DNA of 64,000 bases from assembly GCA_035084275.1 (NCBI GenBank), contig CM068747.1, positions 23,436,001 to 23,500,000 of the forward strand. The letters are read 5' to 3'. Shown here one piece after another: positions 15,001 to 26,647 of this stretch (positions are counted from its first letter, which is position 1; every line of letters begins with the position of its first letter). The position numbers and the translations under genes were made by a program. The DNA comes from Hydrolagus colliei (Eukaryota). The notes under the pieces were generated by a model. The model saw nothing but the letters and a program-made list of their open reading frames with translations, was not told the DNA's origin and made no database searches.

Positions 15001-18000
15001 ACCGTATGACCGAGAGGTTGACCACCTACAAAAAGGAGCTTCAGCATATGGAACACGAGGAGAAGCAAAGGTTCCAAAGTAGACGACAGGTGGGAATTGT
15101 ACAGACACAAGTCGGCGAGGAAGAAGATGTCATGGAAGTCAAGAAGTACGTCCGCAGGGAATCTCCCTCCGTCTCGAAGTACCTGAGGAGGAGGCGATCG
15201 CTTTCCCCGACCTACATGGAACTGATGAGACCAGTGTCTGAACTGATCAGGTCTCGACCCCGCCGCCCAGCTGAGAGGCTGGACTCTGAGAGTGAAGGCT
15301 CGGAAGGACGCTCACCTACCCCAGAGAGAACCCGGCCCCGCTCGCCCAGCCCCGTCTCCAGGGAAAGTTCGCTCTCGCGTTTCGAACGGACCGCCCGGTT
15401 CGACATTTTTTCCAGATACGACTCAATGAAATCTGCGCTAAAGTCTCAGAAAACCACGGAAAGAAAATATGAAGTGGTCACTCAGCAGCCCTTCTCCCTT
15501 GACCACGGACCGCGTATAACATTGAGGATGCGTTCTCACCGCGTCCCAGTCGGACAGACGACCAGATTCACATTAAACATTCTGTCCAAGCCAAGATCCG
15601 ATGTGAAGTGGCATCACAACGGCAGAGAGATTCAAGAGGGGGAAAAATATAACTTTACCGATATGACGGGCGTGCTGACACTGGAGATTGTCAATTGTCA
15701 AGCTGAGGACAGTGGAACTTATCGTGTTGTCTGTTCCAATTACAAAGGAGAAGCCTCCGATTATGCGACACTAGATGTTACTGGCGGTGGCTACTCTTCC
15801 TACTTGTCTCGTCGTAAGGACGAAGAACCACCAAAACCTTTTGTACCCGAGATGACGCGATCCGATATTTACCAGCTCTCCACCATTAAACAAGCGACAA
15901 CAACCGAAAGTAGCTCTGAACAAAGAGCCTTTAAATACGAAGAGTCCCAGAGAATGGAGGCGACAAGCTTTGAAAGTCATGCCGTCGAAGAGAGAAAAGT
16001 AAGAACAGAGGAAATCAAAGCAAGTGAAGAAAGATCCACTCGGACATCAACTAAACTCGCTCTCCAAGCAAGAATACTCACAAAACCACAATCAGCCACA
16101 GTAGCAGAAGGAGAATCTGTGAGATTTGTTTGCGACGTTGATGGCGAGCCAGCACCCACTGTGACATGGAAACATGCTGGAACAACAATTTCATCCTCCA
16201 GGCGACACCTTATCACATCAATGCAATTCAAATCTACCTTTGCAATCTCGTCGGTTCAATCTTCCGATGAAGGAAACTACACTGTGGTGGTTGAAAACGC
16301 TGCAGGAAGGCAAGAAGCACATTTTACTCTAACCATTCGAAAAGCTGGAGCAAAGGGAATGGGCGTGGTATCACCTCCGAGAGTGAAGTCCCCTGAACCT
16401 CATGGAAAACCATCAATGGCAAGTAAATCATCCAAGAGACTTAAATCCCCAGACCAAGCCAGCTCTCCCTCTAGAGTTAAGTCACCTCCACCTGTCCGAA
16501 CAGCTTCAGTGGAGCGAGTGGAAATCCCTGCAACCACTCCACCTAAGATCTCTCAAGGATTAAAACCTGAAATACATGAAGACGGTACAGTCAAACTGAC
16601 CTGTGCAGTGGAGAGCACTGTACTCAATGTGAAAGAATTGAGTTGGCTGAAAGATGGCCGTAAGGTACGGGAGAACAGTCACTTCAAATTGGAATATTCT
16701 GCCAGCGGCGTCTATAGCCTGAGCATCCACGGGCTTAACGAGAGCGATGAGGGGGAATATACCTGCGAAATCACCGGTGAGGGAGGCGTGTCGAAAACCG
16801 CTTTCTCTTTCGTCGGTCAAGCCTTCAAAAGCGCGGTCAGCAAAGTGGCCAAAATCACCGAATCAAAGTCAGCTGTGCAGAAAAAAGAAGTGGCCTCGAA
16901 GCCAGTTATCACCATGTACCTCAGTGACCTGTCTGTAGCCTCTGATACCATGGCGAGGCTGACGGTCAAACTCACAGGAGAACCTAAACCAACTGTAACT
17001 TGGACCAAGGATGGCCTGGTATGTGGCTGTTTTCTATTGCCTCAATTCTGCGCATAGAAATATTTTAAATCCTGTAGATACATTGTTATCAATATCTTGG
17101 GACGTACTCCCGATGTAAGAGGCACTCTAGAAATGTAATTTTGTTGTTGTTGGTGTGTTGTCTCTTTAGTAAGCGCTCTGGGACGCTGCCCTGCGTGAGA
17201 GGAACTATATAAATGCAAGTTACTGTTGTTTGATATTTATTTATTCATTTTATTCCTTCATTTCCACAGACTATTTCTCAGAGCAGCAAATATAAAATAT
17301 TTGAAGAGCACGGTAGCTTTTGCCTTGAAGTCCTAGGTGCTGAGATATCTGACTGCGGAGTTTACGGATGCACAGCTAGAAATTCGGCTGGGTCAACCAC
17401 CACAAGCTGCAAAGTGACAGTAAAAGGTAAGAGCATTGGTTCGTATCCTTTAGAACACTTCATCAGCGTCTCAAGATGATCCCATATATAATATTTTGTA
17501 TTTTGTATTTTCCAGCTTCCAAAAGCTCCACCGCTGATAGCCTTCGAGTTGAATCACAGAGAAAAAGTTCAATTAAATCACACGAAACAGTAGTCGAGGA
17601 ACAGATTGTTAAACAAGCATCGATGTTTGAAGAGGTCAAAACATCACACACAGAAATGAAAGCCTCTAAGATGCAGATGAACGCAGTAAATGGCCAGAAG
17701 GTTATACTTAAGGCCAACATACCGCAGGCTGCCAATGTGAAATGGATCTTGAATGGTACTGAGCTTAGAAACTCAGAGGATTATCGATATGGTGTGTCTG
17801 GAAGCGACCACACGCTGGCCATCAAAACAGTCAGTTTCACAGATGAAGGAGTAATCACTTGTGAGGCTAAAACCGAACACGGAGTAGTAAAATGCCAATT
17901 TGATCTAGTAGTGAAACATAGTCAGTCAAATGCCCCGTCATTCGTTGCACAACCCAAATCCCAAAATGTTAACGAAGGACAAAATGTGATTTTCAATTGT

Positions 18001-19482
18001 GAGATATCAGGAGACCCTTCTCCAGAGGTAGAGTGGCTCAAAGACAATCATGCTGTAAGTACTTTGTTCACTTCTGCATGCTGCCAGTTTAGCTCCAGCT
18101 TTTTTTTTGTGTGAGTGTTCTTCGGCTTGTAATAAAAAGCAATTTGCTATCATATTTCAGATTGCGATCACAAGAAATATGAAAGTGAGCCGTAGCAAAA
18201 GCAAATACACGCTAGAAATTCTGAACACAACAGTCTCTGACAGTGGAAAGTATACAGTGACAGCAAAGAATTTCCACGGACAGTGTTCTGCAACAGCATC
18301 TTTGAATGTGCTCGGTATGTCACTGCTTCAAATTAAATATTTGATATTATGATTTTGGCGCTTTGGGTGCAAGTACCTTCGCTTGAGTTTCTGAAATACC
18401 ATATCGAACACTGGCTTAACACACAAATTCGGGATTGATTTGTTTTCAATCTAAAGCAGATCCAAAATGTGATTTCCTTTGGTCTTTATCTATTGATACA
18501 TGATAATATGGTATACTCAAGTGGGACTTGTTTTCTGATCACTGTAAGATCAGATTGACTTCACCTTTGAACCTATATCAAAAGTGATGTCATTTTTGTG
18601 CATCATTTTTATTTGCTGTGCTCCACAGTTCTGATTGAAGAACCCAGTAAAATGGTGGTTCTGGAGACAAGTGCTTCTGCTAGCATGCAAGAACGATTCT
18701 CTTCCAAGACAGTCCAAATGAGCAAACAGGAAGCCAGCAGCAGCAGCAGCAGCAGCATGTCGGAAGTTAAATTTGCCAGCATGTCCTCTAGTAGCATGTC
18801 ATCTATGAAAGAATCGATGTTATCCATGAGCTCAAGCTCTTTTGTGGGGCACGCAAGTATGAGTCAACTCGAAGCAACTGCGGGGAAAATGATTACTGGT
18901 TGCATCAAAGGTGAGAAAGTACCGAACATAGCATTGTGGGTGCGCTTTTTTATCAAATGTGCAATCCATCATCATATATCAAACTGGCTGCTGCGTTTCG
19001 CCCACAAAATACACAGTCAATTCATTTGACGGCATATTTTGTGAAGCACTTTGAGACATCTCAATGACTGATAAGCCGCTTTATCGAATATATATTTTGA
19101 ATAAAAGTATTATTACGTCTGATTTGTTATTTTAATGTTGTAAAAAAAAAGAAATCTAACTTTGCCTGCTGTTTCTTTTGCAGGGTCTTCTCCTAAAATT
19201 GAAGCTCTGCCATCAGATATCACCATTGAGAAAGGGAAGGTTCTAACAGTGGCATGTGCCTTCTCGGGTGAACCTCTACCAGACGTAAATTGGACCTGTG
19301 AAGGAAGATCTCTTTCGAGTGAAGGAGTGGGTGGCCGATTCCATCTTGAAACACTGGATGACCTGACAACACTCATAATCACAAGTGTTAAAGAAAGTGA
19401 TGCAGGACATTACACTCTCAAACTCACAAATGAATTTGGATCAGATTCTGCCACTGTAAATATTAAAGTTAGATCAATTTAA
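1..19482 (+). CDS. TTN: Titin, 3' part (distal A-band Ig/Fn3 domains, titin kinase, M-band M1-M10); 5'-incomplete, 25 exons in window
   Basis: Phase-consistent GT-AG exons read from sequence: <1-771, 888-1190, 1315-1620, 1767-2057, 2170-2469, 2946-3251, 3368-3673, 4096-4377, 4816-5409, 5534-5821, 6139-6438, 6954-7256, 7427-7729, 7892-8476, 8667-8972, 9146-9445, 9570-10145, 10251-10556, 10702-11295, 11431-17018, 17270-17426, 17516-18054, 18161-18314, 18629-18910, 19184-19482 (TAA). Fn3 (W..P..DGG.I.Y.VE..W..YEFRV.A.N..G) and I-set Ig motifs recur; C-terminus NEFGSDSATVNIKVRSI resembles titin M10. Confidence 0.99.
2170..2469 (+). CDS. TTN: TTN exon encoding Fn3 domain A150 (FN3-119; HMERF hotspot domain in human)
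   Basis: Translation SPGPCEG...EKCTLSW..P.EDGGAEITHFIVERRETSRLNW...KNNEYIFRVRSVNKYG matches my recollection of human A150; it lies 15 exons upstream of Mex1, as in human. Confidence 0.85.
2553..2905 (+). mobile_element. tRNA-derived SINE of the Deu-domain (SacSINE/AmnSINE-like) superfamily in a TTN intron
   Basis: Pol III A box TGGTACAGTGG (2559-2569), B box GGTTCAAGCC (2602-2611), Deu-like core (GGATGAGACATTAAACCG...GTGGACATTAAAGATCC...GTGGGACATTGCTGTGTGCAA), tail GTGAAGCGCTTT. Family assigned from recollection of consensus. Confidence 0.75.
5885..6110 (+). mobile_element. Degenerate CR1-type LINE 3' end in a TTN intron
   Basis: Remnant resembling the CR1 ORF2 C-terminus (RIVNL*NRLPR*AVEA..NSFK) followed by GGCAAACTAGATGG-like tail; heavily decayed. 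Confidence 0.45.
11431..17018 (+). CDS. TTN: TTN giant exon Mex1 (A169-A170, titin kinase, M1-M6, is1-is5, start of M7)
   Basis: 5588-nt open exon between tttctgatag| and |gtatgt. Kinase motifs LGRGQFG, YMVKF (K at 12207), HFDIKGEN (D at 12480), ELG (12540), APE, DMWSVG; regulatory tail KTLRHRRYY; RS-rich is2 (RRRRSLSPTY, RSPTPERTRPRSPSP); KSP motifs near 16380-16495. Confidence 0.97.
17095..17232 (+). mobile_element. Two tandem L2-type 3' tail fragments in the TTN Mex1-Mex2 intron
   Basis: CTTGGGACGTACTCCCGATGTAAGAGGCACTCTAGAAATGTAATTTTGTTGTTG and GCGCTCTGGGACGCTGCCCTGCGTGAGAGG..TATATAAATGCAAG both resemble the LINE end at 55115-55178. Confidence 0.75.
18629..18910 (+). CDS. TTN: TTN Mex5 (Ser/Met-rich is7 insertion), symmetric in-frame exon
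   Basis: 282 nt (multiple of 3), phase 1 at both ends, ctccacag|...|gtgag; Ser/Met-rich peptide with (AGC)7 at 18736-18756; lies between M9 and M10. Confidence 0.93.
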
Positions 19483-20590
19483 GGGTCAGTATCTACCGAC
19501 CTCAGCTGACGTATCACTTTAAGCAATACCTTACTTATTTACTTACTCTTCAGACTTGTAGAACAATGACGGAAGATGCCTTAACTTTTATGGACTTAAA
19601 TTTCTGACCTTGTAAATATTATGTTACATATTTTTGTACCCAACTCGACAATGTTCATTCATAACAAATTCTGAACAAAGGATAGAGTGTGCAATATTCC
19701 ATTATTGTGCATCTGATTTAGGAATTTTTAACCACTTTTCTGTGACATGTACATACTGTATATAGCCGATTTAAGCGGTTATGAAAGTTTTGTACCTTGT
19801 GTTTTATGACATTTTGAATGCAACTTATGAAACAAATGGTTGACAGGAGAAAGTTTTAACCAAACGACTAGCTTGAGCAACCTGGAACTAAAATTTGTAC
19901 CTCAACACAAAGTTGATGACTTAAGAATACCTCAACAGGTGGAGAGGCTCCCTGTTGAAGACAACCTACACCCTAGAGACAATGCTAGTGTACTGAATGT
20001 GTACTGAACCCAACTACACGTAACCATAAGTATACCAAATTAGGCTTGGCCTCTTGTGCAGTTGACATTTACCCTCATGTTAACTGCACAAGTAGGCCCT
20101 GAGCTGTGGACAGACTATGTCAGACTACTCACTATTTTAGAGAGACTATTGTCAAAGTGCAAGCGGCTATCACTTTGTACAATCACTTTTCACATGCACT
20201 ATTTCTGACACGGTGACTGCTTGGATGGTTTGAATGAAAAAGTAACATCGACCTGGCCAAAATACATTTCAGCAAGCTATTCCAAGTATTCCTGTGCAGA
20301 ACTAGTGCTATCTCCTGGAGGTTCAGATTTTCATCGAGTGCCCTAATTGTGTGTGGTAGTGATATAATTTTCTTTCATGTTGTCTGTTTTGAGGGCTTCC
20401 GTAAACCAAAGTTTACCACAGTGAAAACAACGACTGTGCTCTACCATCTTACCACCCCGAACATTGACTTTTAAAGAAGGATCTATGTAGCGTTTTACTG
20501 TGAACTTGTATTATTGAACCTCCTTGGGATTAGAAAACTAAAATAGCAATTTTGATTTGAAATAAAGCATGCTTTCTGCACCCGCAAACT
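19483..20590 (+). other. Probable TTN 3' UTR with candidate poly(A) signal
   Basis: Repeat-free sequence after the stop; AATAAA at 20561-20566 followed by a T/GT-rich tract at about 20590-20610. End inferred, no transcript data. Confidence 0.55.
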
Positions 20591-20871
20591 GTTTCTCTTT
20601 TGTACTGTACCTGGATTTATTCCAAGCATACACAAAGCTATTATTGTAAAACGTTCAAATCGCAACTGAGTTTGGGGGAAGGGGTGGTCAAAGGTAGGGT
20701 TTAAGAAGATTACGTGAGTAATACTCCAGATTTCCAATACACCACTCTGAATCAGCATGATACATCATACCGACACATTTAGGAAAATGGTCAAGGGTAC
20801 CCCAGGGACAGGCTTGCAGACAAGGCACTCACTGTTGACACTTGTTAAAAACTCAAACCTGCTGATTAAAT

Positions 20872-21160
20872 ACAAAAATAAATTGTGCCTTTCACATCAG
20901 GACATCCCAAAGCGCTGAACAGTTAAGGGTTTGCACCCGAGTTGGGGGTTGGAATCGAGTGTCGGGGTAGTGGCCAAGGAAATATCTTGAGACAAGCCTC
21001 AGGGATACAGAGGGGTGTGAAGCAGAGGGATTTCGGAGACGCAGTTCCAGATGGGGATAGTAAAGCTGAAGGCTTGATCGCCAATGGTGGAACAGGCAGG
21101 GTGGGGAATATGTAGCAGGGCAGTCCCTGCCGAGCAGAGGGAATGGCCAGGTTGGTAGGT
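20872..21160 (-). mobile_element. L2 LINE 3' fragment
   Basis: Minus strand encodes TIGDQAFSFTIPIWN (L2 ORF2 C-terminus) and ends in GCGCTTTGGGATGTCCTGATGTGAAAGGCAC, like 55115-55150. Confidence 0.8.
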
Positions 21161-22515
21161 GTTGACAGCCAATCCTTGGTTGTTACTATTCATGTAAACG
21201 CAAAAGAAATACTGTTTCAGAGAGTAATTCTGGCTAGAATGGTTTGGGCCAGAAGTTACTTTAATATCTGAAGGAACGATTTTAGCCATACCTTTATTGT
21301 TATGATTCATGTAGATACAAAATAAATCCTAAATACAATACAGAATTTTAGTTCTTCACATAGACACAGGGAATAAAGCAATGTAATTGTAGAAAGTTTT
21401 TATTAGTTCACATTTTCACTGAAAAGCTAAGTACTCTTTAATTTTTTGTACAAGGCATTTCTGAAATTCACTCAACCACCAGAGTGCAATGGACATTTAG
21501 AACTTCTGAATATATATTTCTAATACAAGAATATTCCCCAAGATTCTGTACATGTAACAACTATTTTTTCTTACATAATTACACACAAAAAAAATGCAGT
21601 TTAATACACCTGAATTTATTGATGGGCCAATTACTTTGATAAAGAACAGGGTTGTATCCAAGAAAGTGTAACCATGAAAATGACATTACTATAAAGCAAT
21701 GCATGATGCACTCCCTACATAGACATAAAGGCTAGAATATTAGTGAAACCCATTTGCAACAGCTACTTCAGATGGTTTGAGTACTTATGCAAGATCAAAA
21801 TGGTTGGTTTGTTGAGTCAATATCAGTTGGTCGATGTACTTTTTCAAAAAAAAGACCTAACATGATGGCAGTTTTTACAAAACTTTGTGCTCTCCATAAA
21901 ACAGCCCATGGCATCCAAGTGTCTTGTGATGAATATTTGCTACAAAAACGACTAATCGATTTACCCAGCCCATGTGCAACAAAAATCCTAATGATATGGG
22001 TAAAGACAAATCACATTTGCATAACTTGTGGGCGAGATTGGCAGTGCATTTCACAAACAGGGTGGTAATTTCAATTATTTTCAAAGGTAACATGCTGTAA
22101 AGTTTTTAGTAGGCTTTTTTTATAAACACTTTGAACTTTTCACCCAGACTTTTAAGGCAATGCGGAGCAAATATTGAAGTGTCTTCGATGAAACCTCAAT
22201 TACTTGTCATAACAAAGAAAAGCCTCACTGTTGGTGACAAATTAAAGTCCAGATTCCGCTACAAATGCCAGAAGTATCTTATTTAGAAAGAATAGGAAAC
22301 GAGAAGAGCCAACTACAAAAGCCAAAAAAGTTGAACTTTTTGGATTCAACCAGAGTTGTGCTGGTGACTAACACTTTAGATAAAAGTCTAACACATTTAT
22401 TAGTATATTTTCACTCATAAGAGGGATAGAAATTGACAGTCGTGTACATGAGGCTAATTTGACACAGCAATTTAATGTTTGGTTAATTGTCTAACAAAAA
22501 CTGAAGTTCATAGTA

Positions 22516-22717
22516 CGGTAAAAGCCTGTTTATCCAGCACCCTCGGGACCTGGCCAATGATGGTTAAAGCACGTGCTGGATATTCGGCCAAAAACGCAAA
22601 AAAAGTTATGCATTTTTCTGGATAAATTCCGGTTAATCGAATGCAGGCTTTGTTTTCGGGATGCCGGTGATATGGAAGTTACGGTTGATCGGGTACCGGA
22701 TAAACAGGCTTTTACTG
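22516..22717. mobile_element. 202-bp MITE, pogo/Tigger-like (Tc1/mariner)
   Basis: 27-bp TIRs: CGGTAAAAGCCTGTTTATCCAGCACCC versus reverse complement of right end CAGTAAAAGCCTGTTTATCCGGTACCC (3 mismatches); TA on both flanks (22514-15, 22718-19). Confidence 0.85.
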
Positions 22718-24484
22718 TAATTAGAAAAGAATGTAAGCTGTCATGTGAACTGTAGACAATTGTAGACAATGCTGCAGTGCGAGAGGCAGGAGTTGAGTTA
22801 GGCTGAATATAAAATGGGGGCAGATAATAATGAACCAAGAAATTCCAAAATGAATGATACTACAGGCAAAATGTATACAACTTGTTAAAATTTAAAGAAA
22901 CATTATCGCCCAATTCTCCTAAACTGTTGTCCACACACACACATTCTAACATACTGCTGCTTTAAACACCTTTCCAAATGTTTAGAAAATAATACATAAT
23001 ATCTGTAAAATATTTAGATATCATTTGAAGAGAGTTATTAAAGAGTGGAATTTCCTCTAATCAAAGGTTGAGGTTTTAAATAAATAATTTCTCATTTCTC
23101 TTGAAGGTACAGATCCATGATTTAAATGTAGGGTACAGATCCATGGTTTAAATGTAAATCAAGACAGGTTCGTTAATTGTGAAAGCTATGAGAGTGAAGT
23201 CTGATCCTTTTGTCACACACACACTTGCTATCAGGGTTACTGAATAAATAGGAATTCTAACTGATTATTCACTTCTCACTCAGGGGATATTCAAGGTACT
23301 ACAACTTCTGCCCTGGCTGAGATCAGCTAGTTAACTCAGCACAGATGCAAGATACATCAAACCCAACTGGTATGAATTGGCGTGGTGCTATCTGAAGAGC
23401 TAAGAACTATTTTTAATAGATCCTAGGCACTCATTACTTATCTGCCAGTAACACATTTATCAACCTGACAAAAGGGGTAATTAAAATAAAATAATTAGCC
23501 TACAAATACTTTACATTTTCTCAAATATATTATGCACCTAATCTTTTGATGCCAACTGAAATGTTGACAGCCAAACAAATATAAAATTGAAGCACGGGAT
23601 AATTCAGTAAAATTATTCCAATACAATTGTTCTAATTTGACAAAATATTGCTACAAACTTAATCGGAAATTAAATGCATTTTTAATAATGAGGTAAACTT
23701 TTAAAAACTATCCTTAACATGACTAATTACTGCAGGGTGAAAACCCAGCAGCAATGACTGCTCATTGCAAAAGACAGTACATATTGTTCTTAACACCACT
23801 GCTATTAAGAGGACAAACAATAACTCTGGATTGGCCATATCATTTTGGGGCAATATATTTTTCCAGTTATTTCTGCAGGGAGATAAAAATAAATTTGGTT
23901 CATAAGAGATTCAATTGCATTACGTGAAGCGATACAATTTACAAAATTGCAGTAAAAAGACTATGGCACACACCTGATGTACATCGTAATGGATATACAC
24001 ACACACAAATATTCTCTAGTGGGCAAAATTCAGTGTACATATTAACATTGTAAATCGAATGTGTTTGGATCTTTTTAATGGCTCAACGTTACCTTATCAA
24101 GATCATACTTGTAATACTTAAAAATGCCTAACTTGCAATGTATTTAACAAACATTCAAATTCTTGCCAAGATTCCTTCCTCATTATGGCCACAAATGAGA
24201 TTTTAAATATACACAACTGAATAGGGTGCAAAGCGAGTGTTAATAGCAAATACTCCATATTAACTGTGGAAGACTTCACTGATGGAAATATTCTCTAACA
24301 AAATTTATTCAGACGTCTTTTAAGATAGAATTTGAATGGAGGGAGATTCTAAGTGTTAATTCCTAAACTGATGGTACAAAAACGCATGAAACCCAACAAG
24401 AAGCAGTTAGTTAGCTTTAACTTTGTAGATGAATCCTTCTTAATATTCAAAGAATTCAGTTTTGGTGAAAGAAAAACTGTAACA

Positions 24485-24785
24485 TATAATCCTTTCATTT
24501 GATATAGCGCTTTTCACGTCTCAAAGCGCTTCAGAATATATTGTAAAGTGAATTGACTGTATGTTTGTGAGTGAAATGTGGCAGCCAATTGCACGTAGCA
24601 GTGTCCCACAAACAGTCATGGATTGAAATGACCAATTTTATTGTTGTGGGTTGTTTTTTTGGATGGATTATTTTTAGGCATGTGGAGTAAAGAAACTTGC
24701 CCAAGGTTTCGCCCTGATCTGCCTGGATTCAAACACAGGTCTCACACTTAAGGCGAGTGCTCTAACCACTGAGCTACAGGAGCTC
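24485..24785 (-). mobile_element. tRNA-derived SINE head joined to Deu-type 3' part and tail
   Basis: Minus strand: TAGCTCAGTGGTTAGAGC (A box), GTTTGAATCC (B box), CCTTGGGCAAG, then TGTTTGTGGGACACTGCTACGTGCAATTGGCTGCC and AAGCGCTTTGAGACGTGAAAAGCGCTATATCAAATG tail. Confidence 0.75.
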
Positions 24786-26647
24786 CACAAAGCTACAGGA
24801 GCTCCATATGATTGCAAAGTCACATGTATGGCTAACCCATAGATATTTTTAAATTCATCATAAATTATTACATCCAAGTGCTAATATTTCGACTTAGCTA
24901 ATAACCTTTGAGCTGATTTGGCTAATGAACAGAGATTAGGCGATCTCTCGGAATACATTCCATTTGGAGTTGGTACTATTTTGGTCATTTCACTACTTAA
25001 AATGTTCTCTACTGGCAAGATGTTAAAAAGCCCAGGACAATTTGTATGCATAGAATAATGACACATAATAAGTTAATCACATTACCACGTAATAAGGTAT
25101 ACATGTTGATTCTTCCAACATGATCAATTTCAGAGAAGAGTTTGGGGTGTTTGAATCACACCTGGAGTGTATGCAGCTAAACTAAATTTGAATGCCCAAC
25201 GAAAAAGGAATAAGCACACAAGAATTTCTTTGTTTCGCCTGAAATAAAAAAATACATCTCATTTTATCCTCTTCCTCGTTTCAAAATGCTACAACGCACT
25301 GAGACCATCAAAACACAGAAATAAAAACTAAACTGTCAAATATATTATATAAATATTCATTATAAAGAGTAAAACGTGGAATTGGGACACAAGCAACTTT
25401 CAATAAAATGAGTAATGCTAACAAAAATGTTTTAGTGAAATCTAGTGAGTATTTCTGCAATAAAAGTAACTCTATTTTTATACTCCTGGTCATAAAGAAA
25501 TTTGACTCTCACTTTCATAAAGTAATTGCTTGCAGTGTTGTTTGCATAAGTATTAACAGGAAAGTGAAATTCAATGAATTATATATGCCCGAAAGCTATA
25601 TTTTAAAAAGTGTTGTTTCAGCCCACTAGAATAGTCGAGAAGAAATTACACTGTACGATTATGGAGTTCCTCTCTACTTTGAGCTGTGGACAGGCAAGCT
25701 AAATAGCTGGTGCACTGCATAGCCTAATAGCGTGGAAAAGAAAAATAGATGGAACTGAATAGTACCAAAATAAGCTTATTAAAAAAAACTATTATTACAA
25801 ATCTACTTTTGAGAAAAATAAAATAACCTTAACTAAATTATTAATTTACTTCTTATGGTCTTGTTAAATTTCCATAAAATGTCATCTATATTCTCTGGTT
25901 GGTGATAAATATGGCAAGTTCATGTTTAATTGCATACTTTTTAAATTGGGCAGAATCTATTCATACTTTCTCTGTGTATGATTCCATCAATACAGAACAT
26001 ATCAACTTCGTTGCACTAACTCAGCTTAAGTATTTGTTGTTCTGATATAAATAGCACTCATCAGCTACTACTAAAAATACACTGTATTCAAAGATGAGGA
26101 AAAACGGAAGCACATAAAAGGGATTAACTAAAAATGCACAAGTATGAAACTAAAAAATAAAAAGGTGCAAACAAATTGATGAGACAGTAGTTCCTCCGGA
26201 AACAACACTCCCATAAGCGAACAGGTGATACATAGGATATGTACCAGAACCAGCCTTGCCAGCGAGCACACACTTTTGGCAAAGCTGTCTTGAGTTGCGC
26301 GATTTCCATACTTCTCAACCAAGATGCTACTATATGTTTGATGCTACTACATGCTACACCAAGAGTTTTGGGGGCAAACAATCGCTAAACCTCAACTGAT
26401 TTATTACACAACAGTGCAGGAAATACAGCATCAGTTTATTGAAAAATAGAAACAATAGTAGTTAAGCTTGTTGAGTTTTCTGATTTTGCGTAGTTTTTTT
26501 AATATAAAGTGCAAAGAACGCCTTTCCTAGGAAATTGCAGATCCATTGTCTTTTTTTTGTGTAACATCTAAATGGCTGCAGTAACTGAGAGCATTAGTTG
26601 GAGAATGAATGACCATCTTTTTCATTCTTATCTGAATTCAATTGTTT

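Noticed and set aside
11469-17057. 1862-aa ORF as a stand-alone kinase gene
   Set aside because: It is TTN exon Mex1: the frame is open from the acceptor at 11431 and splices out at 17018; the ORF's Met and stop are artefacts of unspliced ORF calling.
218-19382. Many minus-strand and alternative-frame ORFs over TTN exons
   Set aside because: Shadow ORFs of coding sequence with no recognisable domains or splice structure.
24690-24785. Possible tRNA gene (A and B boxes, minus strand)
   Set aside because: No convincing cloverleaf, and it runs into SINE body and tail; it is a SINE head. The same applies to 2555-2615.
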